Origin: Candidatus Odinarchaeia archaeon
Lineage (GTDB): Archaea > Asgardarchaeota > Odinarchaeia > Odinarchaeales > Odinarchaeaceae
Assembly (NCBI GenBank): GCA_029856525.1
Contig: JAHQXC010000032.1
Coordinates: 1 to 13,301 of the forward strand
Reading direction: 5' to 3'
Length of the DNA: 13,301 nt
Position numbers and translations under genes: made by a program. The notes below the pieces were generated by a model. The model did no database searches. It was not told the DNA's origin and worked only from the letters and a program-made list of their open reading frames with translations. Positions within the stretch are counted from its first letter, which is position 1, and every line of letters begins with the position of its first letter. Positions 7,414 to 13,301 of the stretch are shown piece by piece.

Positions 7414-8247
7414 TTAAGATAGATTACTCAAGACAAGTCTAGGAGCCTTAAAGTGAAGATTAAAAATTAACTGGAAAAGTTTAAAAAAAACTCTAGCATT
7501 AAAGTAAAAACCCTTGAAATCAGGTAATAAGAATCCCCTCAGAAAAGAAACATCTAAAAACTTTTTGAAAAAAGATAAAGCAGTCTTAGCGTCAACACTC
7601 CGCCCCGTCAAATAAAAATAACAGTTAAGCAGAGACCATTTAACAGACGTGTAAAAATATCTCCAAGCAGGTTTAAAACAGTTAACGATAATAGAAAAAA
7701 AGAATAGGAGACTACACAGTATAAAAGATTTAACGATTTGAAAAAAGTTTAACCCAGCATTAAACTGTTTAAAATCATAGCTTCTACCGTAAAGAACACG
7801 GCAATTAGAGAAAACAGAGTTTAAAACAAGCCGCCCTGGAGCGATAAAACAGGATAAAAACCTGTTCACGTTGAAAACCCTGTGAAAACATTTTGAAAAA
7901 AGATCACGTTCAAAACATATAAAAAAAGATTTAAATAAACCGGTCCCAGCCTCGAAAAAATAAAGCAACCGGTCGAGAAAACTAGAATAGTCTAATTTAA
8001 AGAAAAATCTCTGAACAGAAAACATTAAAGATAAAGCAGCACGCCTAACCCCTCCACCAACACCGTCATCTAAAACAATAAGAAGGTCAACATCACTAAC
8101 CCTATCGTTAAAACCTCCTTTAACAGCAGAACCGAAGAGAATAATAGAAGCAGGCAGAAAACCCAGCTTACACTTAAAAATTTTCAAAACCAGGTTCAAA
8201 AACCTTTCAACAGTTAAAGGCGCAGCCACACCGCTGAAAGCACACAT
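7414..8247 (-). CDS. Pol-beta-superfamily nucleotidyltransferase domain protein with a hydrophobic, Phe-rich C-terminal half
   Basis: IILFGSAVKGG...SDVDLLIVLD is the hGS-x(n)-DxD catalytic signature. A hydrophobic stretch reads SFILCSLLFFFSIIVNCF. Confidence 0.75.
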   Translation of the reverse strand: MCAFSGVAAPLTVERFLNLVLKIFKCKLGFLPASIILFGSAVKGGFNDRVSDVDLLIVLDDGVGGGVRRAALSLMFSVQRFFFKLDYSSFLDRLLYFFEAGTGLFKSFFICFERDLFSKCFHRVFNVNRFLSCFIAPGRLVLNSVFSNCRVLYGRSYDFKQFNAGLNFFQIVKSFILCSLLFFFSIIVNCFKPAWRYFYTSVKWSLLNCYFYLTGRSVDAKTALSFFKKFLDVSFLRGFLLPDFKGFYFNARVFFKLFQLIFNLHFKAPRLVLSNLS

Positions 8248-8723
8248 AAATATAAGTTTAGAAACATATCAATAAAAACATTCACAAACCATGAGAAAGC
8301 GAATATAGTATTCTATGAAAAGGCGAATTCTACAATACCCGGAAAACACAAGGTGAAAGCGATACTCTAAGCTAATGTTGAAGAGCAGAAAACCAGAGTA
8401 AGAGAGAAAAACGATAATATAACCGTCACACCGTTAAATCTCACAGCTCACAACACCAGATTCATATAATAAGTTAAATGTTAACACAGCGTATAAAACC
8501 GCTGGTCGACATGCCCAGCGAAGCAATATTTCACATAAACATGGGATTATAGGAGTCCACAGCTTTAGAGATCGTAATATATACGGTTAAAAAGATCGTA
8601 AGCTTTTAAATAACACTGTAGTTGAGAGTGAACGCGCATCCTTGAGAATTGTTTAAAATATATAGGGGTTATAAGAGATTTCAGTAGATTAAAGCCTCTC
8701 GGATCAGGGTAAAGAGGTGTTCT

Positions 8724-8744
8724 ATGAATAAACTCGAGTGTTAA
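8724..8744 (+). other. Possible 6-codon upstream ORF (MNKLEC) with its own SD GAGGTG
   Basis: GAGGTG at 8714..8719, ATG at 8724, TAA ending at 8744. It is out of frame with the helicase ATG at 8758. Confidence 0.25.
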
Positions 8745-8757
8745 TCGAGGTTACTCT

Positions 8758-10932
8758 ATGAGTTTGAAAATACTTGAAGTAGCTGGAGTTGATCCAAGGC
8801 TTATAAGAAGGCTTATAGAGATAGGTGTTGAAAGTTTAACACCTGTACAGGAGTTAGCTGTTAGAAAAGGAGTTTTCCGTAGAAAAAATATTTTCATATG
8901 CGCTCCAGCCTCATCAGGTAAAACACTGTTAAGCTATATAGCGGCTTTAGCTATGGCGTTAAGGGAGCCTAAATCTAAGGCGCTGATACTCGTCCCTTTA
9001 AGAAGTCAAGCTGACGAAGTGAACGAGTATTTGAATCGAGTCTACACGGTTTTAGGAGTAAATATTGTAAGATTAAACGAGCTGGATTCAAGCAGGCTAG
9101 CTGACGCTAACATTATCATCTCAACTTTTAAAGAAATGGATTCAGCGCTACTAGTAGGTTACAGCTGGTTTAAAGATGTGTCATTGATTATATTAGATGA
9201 ATTCCAGTTACTCGGACAGCATGAGAAAGGAGGCTTATTAGAGAATCTCATCATAGTTTTAGTAAACCGGTTTAGCGGCGCCCAGTTCATTTATTTATCT
9301 GATATAGTAGGCAACGCTTTCGAGATCTCAGAGTGGTTGAACGCTGAGCTCGCTCAAATATTCACCACGCCTCTACCAGTCCGCTACAGTGTATTAATAG
9401 ACGAAGATAACCGTGTTCTAAAAAATATAATAGAGGAGACTGTTAAAACCAACGGGCAGGTGATCGTGTTCACCTCCGGGTTAAACCAGGTTTTACAGTT
9501 ATGCAGTGAATTAGAAAAATATTTTAAAAATTTAGTAAGCGGAAGCGCGGTAAACGAGATTCAGATAAAGTTAAACACGCTGAGAGAGAAAGGTGAAAAC
9601 ACGTATACGAGAGAGTATTTAAGCTATTATATTAAAAGAGGGATAGGCTTCCACACTCCTAGTTTAACATCACTTGAAAAACTGGTGGTTGAAGAGTTAT
9701 TCAACGCTAGAATATTGAAGATAGTGGTTTCAACACCTGAAATAAGCTCAGCTGTAAACATGCATCCACGCGTAATCGTCTTCAAAAACATCTATAAGAG
9801 TATGCGAGCTGAAAAAAATAGAAGAGAAGCAGAGTTATTAAACCCGAATATAGTTCATAGCATACTCGGTAAAGCTGGAAACTATAAGTATGATCGCGAA
9901 GCCTACGGTATAATACTAGTCGAAGACAGCGTGGAAAAAGAGAGAGCTGAAAAACACTTCTTTAAGAAAAATATTAGAGGAGAGCTTCTCCCAAGATACG
10001 AGTATTTGAAAAGCATACTCGTAGAAAACAGTGGCTTAGAGTATATGCTATTATATTTAATAGCATTATACGGGGCTGTCAGCGTGAAACAGTTAATAGA
10101 ACACTTTCAAAAATCACTTTATTACCGGCAGAACCCCGTAGAGAAGAGAGAGAGATTAAACCGGCTTCTCCAGTTTAAAACCGTTAAAGAAGTTTTAAAA
10201 GATAGAGTTGATTATACAACCAGGCTTAACGCTGAGAAGATTAGTTTAACAATGGTGAAGAATATTAGATGCGAAGCGAATATGTTAAAAGCATCTGTTT
10301 TAAGCTCGACAGGTAGAAGAGAACATGAAATCCAGGTTATGGAAAACGGTTATATGAGCTGCGACTGCGAGTACTGGAGGTTTAAAGCGGTTAAAGAAAG
10401 AAAAATATGCAAGCATCTAGCTGCTTTAATGTTGAAACTGGAAGCTGAGAAAAAACCTGTAGAAGCGTATAACATAATTTTAAAAGCTTTAAACCCTGGA
10501 AGCCTGGTTTTAAAACTAGCAGTGGAAGGCTATATAAACATAAACGAGAGTGTTTTAACAGTCACTGATAAAGGAAGAATATCAGCGTATACGAGCATTC
10601 AACCTGAACTGTTAAACAGGTTAACCGGGTTAATAGAAGACCGGAAAATAGATAATAGAAGCCGTTTTCTGAAATGTATAAGCGAGATTATTGAAAACAG
10701 TCTAGTAGAGCTACCATACTCGAGTGTTAAAAGCAAAGCAGCCTTAGAATACTTAGCCGGCGTGTTAGAAGAGCACCCGGACGGCTTCGAGCCAGGGGAT
10801 TTCAGAAAATTATTAAACTACGCGGATTGGATCTTCAACGCGTTAACGATGATAATAAAGTACACTGGGAGAAGAGATTTAGAAGACGAGTTACTTAAGT
10901 TTAAAGAGAAATTATATGAGAAGACCATGTGA
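8758..10932 (+). CDS. Hel308/Ski2-like SF2 helicase paralog with degenerate motifs and a SWIM zinc finger
   Basis: LTPVQ (Q motif), APASSGKT (8902..8925), VPLRS (Ia), ILDEFQ (9196..9207 for DEFQ), RGIGFH (IVa), STPEISSAVNM (V), ILGKAGNYKYD (VI). SWIM C535-x-C537...C551-x-H553 at 10360..10416. SD GAGGT at 8747..8751. Confidence 0.85.
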   Translation: MSLKILEVAGVDPRLIRRLIEIGVESLTPVQELAVRKGVFRRKNIFICAPASSGKTLLSYIAALAMALREPKSKALILVPLRSQADEVNEYLNRVYTVLGVNIVRLNELDSSRLADANIIISTFKEMDSALLVGYSWFKDVSLIILDEFQLLGQHEKGGLLENLIIVLVNRFSGAQFIYLSDIVGNAFEISEWLNAELAQIFTTPLPVRYSVLIDEDNRVLKNIIEETVKTNGQVIVFTSGLNQVLQLCSELEKYFKNLVSGSAVNEIQIKLNTLREKGENTYTREYLSYYIKRGIGFHTPSLTSLEKLVVEELFNARILKIVVSTPEISSAVNMHPRVIVFKNIYKSMRAEKNRREAELLNPNIVHSILGKAGNYKYDREAYGIILVEDSVEKERAEKHFFKKNIRGELLPRYEYLKSILVENSGLEYMLLYLIALYGAVSVKQLIEHFQKSLYYRQNPVEKRERLNRLLQFKTVKEVLKDRVDYTTRLNAEKISLTMVKNIRCEANMLKASVLSSTGRREHEIQVMENGYMSCDCEYWRFKAVKERKICKHLAALMLKLEAEKKPVEAYNIILKALNPGSLVLKLAVEGYININESVLTVTDKGRISAYTSIQPELLNRLTGLIEDRKIDNRSRFLKCISEIIENSLVELPYSSVKSKAALEYLAGVLEEHPDGFEPGDFRKLLNYADWIFNALTMIIKYTGRRDLEDELLKFKEKLYEKTM

Positions 10933-10954
10933 AGCCTAACATTACTATAAAGCG

Positions 10955-10969
10955 ACAGTGTTAAAAATA
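10955..10969 (+). promoter_or_regulatory. Putative aconitase promoter: ACAGTG followed by TATA-like TTAAAAATA
   Basis: The AT box ends 22 nt before ATG 10992, within a 59-bp intergenic gap. Confidence 0.35.
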
Positions 10970-10991
10970 GTTTAGACAATAGGTTTAAAAC

Positions 10992-12935
10992 ATGCCGTTA
11001 AATTTAACTTATAAAATTTTAAAAGAACATTTAGTAGAGGGCAGCCTGGTTAAAGGAGAAGAAATAGGTATAAGAATAGATCGAACACTAACCCAGGACG
11101 CTACAGGGACACTAACATATCTCCAATTCGAAGCATTAGGCTTAGATAAAGTTAAAACAGAGCTTTCAGTAAGCTACATCGACCATAACACGCTTCAAAC
11201 AGATTACATGAACGCAGACGACCATAAATATCTGCAAACCGTAGCCGCTAAATACGGCGTGTATTTCTCGAAACCCGGCAACGGTATATGCCATCAAGTC
11301 AACTTAGAACGCTTCAGTAAACCTGGTAAAACCCTACTAGGCTCAGATTCACATACACCAACATGCGGCGGTGTGGGAATGCTAGGCATAGGAGCCGGCG
11401 GGTTAGATGTAGCTGTAGCGATGGGCGGAGGCTTATTCTATTTGAATACACCCGCGGTTTTAGGCGTGGAATTAGTAGGGGAGAGAAAACCATGGGTTTC
11501 AGCTAAAGACGTGATATTAGAGGTTTTAAGGAGACTAAACGTGAAAGGAGGAGTTGGAAAGATAATCGAATACTACGGGGATGGTGTCAAAAACCTGGAC
11601 GTTTATGAGCGTGCGACGATCGCGAATATGGGAGCGGAGACAGGGGCCACCAGTTCAATATTCCCTTCAGATGAGATTACAAGAGATTTCTTCAAGCTTC
11701 AGAGAAGGCTCAGCGACTGGGTGAAGTTGGAAGCCGACCCTGGATGCGAGTACGATGAATATATGACAGTGAAGTTAGATGAATTAGAACCGATGATCGC
11801 CCTCCCCCACAGCCCTGGAAACGTTAAAAAAATAAGTGAAGTAGAGGGGACACCGGTCGACCAGGTTGCGATAGGAAGCTGCACTAATTCATCACTGAAA
11901 GATTTAATGATCGTGGCAGCGATACTTAAAGGTAAAACCATACACCCGGATGTGAGTTTAACCATATCACCTGGTTCGAAACAAGTATTAGAGGAGATAG
12001 CTAGAAACGGTGCTCTAGCTGATTTAATAGCGGCTGGAGCGAGAATACTAGAATCAGCCTGCGGGCCATGCATCGGCATGGGGCAGGCGCCTAGAAGCGG
12101 AGGAGTCTCTCTTAGAACGTTTAACAGGAATTTTAAAGGTAGAAGTGGAACAGAGGACGCTCAGGTTTATCTAGCAGGCCCTGAAGCGGCTGCAGCCGCC
12201 GCATTATACGGGGAGATAACAGATCCTAGAAGGCTAGGAGAATACCCTGCTGTAAAGTTACCTACCAGAATCCGTGTAAACGATAATTTAATAGTGAAAC
12301 CACCGTCTGATCCATCTAAAATCCAGGTGATAAGAGGACCGAACATTAAACCTATACCTGTTAACACACCGTTACCGGATGAAATCAACATGGAGATATT
12401 GATAAAGCTTGGAGATAATATATCAACAGATGATATTCTACCAGCCGGTGTGAAAACACTGCCTTTAAGAAGCAATATACCTGCGATAAGCGAATACGTG
12501 TTTAAAAACATTGATCCAACCTTCATAGACAGGGTGAAAAAAAGGAAAGGAGGGTTAATACTAGCAGGGGAAAATTACGGTCAAGGCTCAAGTCGAGAGC
12601 ACGCTGCGATAGCTCCAATGTATCTTGGAGTTAAAGCTGTAATAGCGAAATCATACGCGCGAATCCATAAAGCCAACCTCGTAAACTTCGGCGTGATACC
12701 CTTACAGTTAGTGAATCCCCCGGATTATAATAAAATAAAACAAGGAGACATAGTCAGCATGAAAAATATTAGAGCACAGTTAGCTAGCGGAGCTCAAATC
12801 TTAGAAGCCGTAGACGTGAGTGAAAAGTTAATCTTCAAAGTGAAACATGATCTAACACCACGCCAAGTGAAAATAATACTAGCAGGCGGGTTACTAAACT
12901 ATGTGAGAGATTTAAATAAGAAGCAGGCTGGTTAA
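10992..12935 (+). CDS. acnA: Single-chain aconitate hydratase (Aquifex/archaeal type), [4Fe-4S]
   Basis: TQDATGT, YIDHN, GNGICHQV, GSDSHT, GSCTN and CGPCIGMG (three cluster Cys), NRNFKGR, DNISTDDI and NYGQGSSREHA. The swivel domain is fused at the C-terminus. Confidence 0.9.
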   Translation: MPLNLTYKILKEHLVEGSLVKGEEIGIRIDRTLTQDATGTLTYLQFEALGLDKVKTELSVSYIDHNTLQTDYMNADDHKYLQTVAAKYGVYFSKPGNGICHQVNLERFSKPGKTLLGSDSHTPTCGGVGMLGIGAGGLDVAVAMGGGLFYLNTPAVLGVELVGERKPWVSAKDVILEVLRRLNVKGGVGKIIEYYGDGVKNLDVYERATIANMGAETGATSSIFPSDEITRDFFKLQRRLSDWVKLEADPGCEYDEYMTVKLDELEPMIALPHSPGNVKKISEVEGTPVDQVAIGSCTNSSLKDLMIVAAILKGKTIHPDVSLTISPGSKQVLEEIARNGALADLIAAGARILESACGPCIGMGQAPRSGGVSLRTFNRNFKGRSGTEDAQVYLAGPEAAAAAALYGEITDPRRLGEYPAVKLPTRIRVNDNLIVKPPSDPSKIQVIRGPNIKPIPVNTPLPDEINMEILIKLGDNISTDDILPAGVKTLPLRSNIPAISEYVFKNIDPTFIDRVKKRKGGLILAGENYGQGSSREHAAIAPMYLGVKAVIAKSYARIHKANLVNFGVIPLQLVNPPDYNKIKQGDIVSMKNIRAQLASGAQILEAVDVSEKLIFKVKHDLTPRQVKIILAGGLLNYVRDLNKKQAG

Positions 12936-12936
12936 A

Positions 12937-13301
12937 CTATTTAGAAGATTTGAGCTCAGTTAGAAAACGTTCAAATCGCTCCAGCCCGGTTCTAAGATTA
13001 TTTAAAGGTTCAATGAAAACTTTAAACCCGGAGTCGATAGTATTAGCTAAAACACTTCGAAAAGAAGTATTCTCAACACTTTCAAAATCTTTTATAAGGC
13101 GAAGCAGCCGGTCGACAAGCCCCATAAAATAGTACACGTTAGATAAAGCCAGACGGGTGAAAACATCTTTTTCAACCAGCTTAGCCGGTTCTTCAATAAC
13201 ACCTTGAATTAACACTAATAAGCCTTTAAGCGTTGAAATAATTTTAACAGCGTTTAAGACAAGCTCGCCGAGTATATTGAAAACCCTGTTAAGATTCTTA
13301 T
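12937..13301 (-). CDS. C-terminal part of an uncharacterised alpha-helical protein; 5' end beyond the window
   Basis: The frame of the 92-aa track ORF stays open upstream of the GTG at 13215 to the window edge (KNLNRVFNILGELVLNAVKIISTLKGLLVLIQGV...), so the track start is probably internal. Confidence 0.7.
   Translation of the reverse strand, partial: KNLNRVFNILGELVLNAVKIISTLKGLLVLIQGVIEEPAKLVEKDVFTRLALSNVYYFMGLVDRLLRLIKDFESVENTSFRSVLANTIDSGFKVFIEPLNNLRTGLERFERFLTELKSSK

Noticed and set aside
7414-8247. NTase as part of a MNT-HEPN toxin-antitoxin or CBASS system
   Set aside because: No HEPN (RxxxxH) partner or effector gene is adjacent, and the length and motifs do not clearly fit a CD-NTase.
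8220-8420. Possible degenerate CRISPR array (GAAAG ends at ~60-bp period)
   Set aside because: Only 6-8 nt are shared, there is no 24-37-nt conserved repeat, the first copy lies inside a CDS, and no cas genes are present.
8216-8444. Amber/opal read-through (Pyl/Sec) membrane protein or N-terminal extension of the NTase
   Set aside because: The hydrophobicity follows from T-richness, there is no good start or SD, and there is no evidence for recoding.
8248-8757. tRNA, C/D box sRNA or replication origin in the large intergenic region
   Set aside because: No cloverleaf or TTCGA arm, no paired C/D boxes, no ORB-like repeats, and no cdc6 nearby.
11699-12526. Two minus-strand ORFs (126 and 119 aa)
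   Set aside because: Antisense shadows inside the well-supported aconitase.
12950-13132. 60-aa plus-strand ORF
   Set aside because: Antisense shadow of the longer minus-strand frame.

Overview
Archaeal chromosomal window, most likely Asgard (Odinarchaeia-like). This assignment rests on a 424-aa tubulin that is eukaryote-like rather than FtsZ/CetZ-like and, from memory, closely resembles published OdinTubulin. The left arm is all on the minus strand. In transcription order it holds a Phe-rich Pol-beta-type nucleotidyltransferase, then a tightly packed four-gene block: a KaiC/RAD55-fold protein with a destroyed Walker A/B, a 545-aa helical protein, tubulin, and a 486-aa protein with a long leucine zipper. 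A copper module follows (HMA-thioredoxin fusion plus YHS/TRASH-CopA, cut by the window edge), apparently with its own promoters. The right arm, after a 510-bp divergent intergenic region, holds a Hel308/Ski2-like helicase with degenerate motifs and a SWIM Zn finger, a single-chain aconitase, and the 3' end of a convergent helical protein. No rRNA, tRNA, CRISPR or mobile element was recognised. The best candidate for an undescribed system is the tubulin operon with its two coiled-coil/helical partners and a pseudo-ATPase. All homology calls come from reading motifs by eye; no searches were run.
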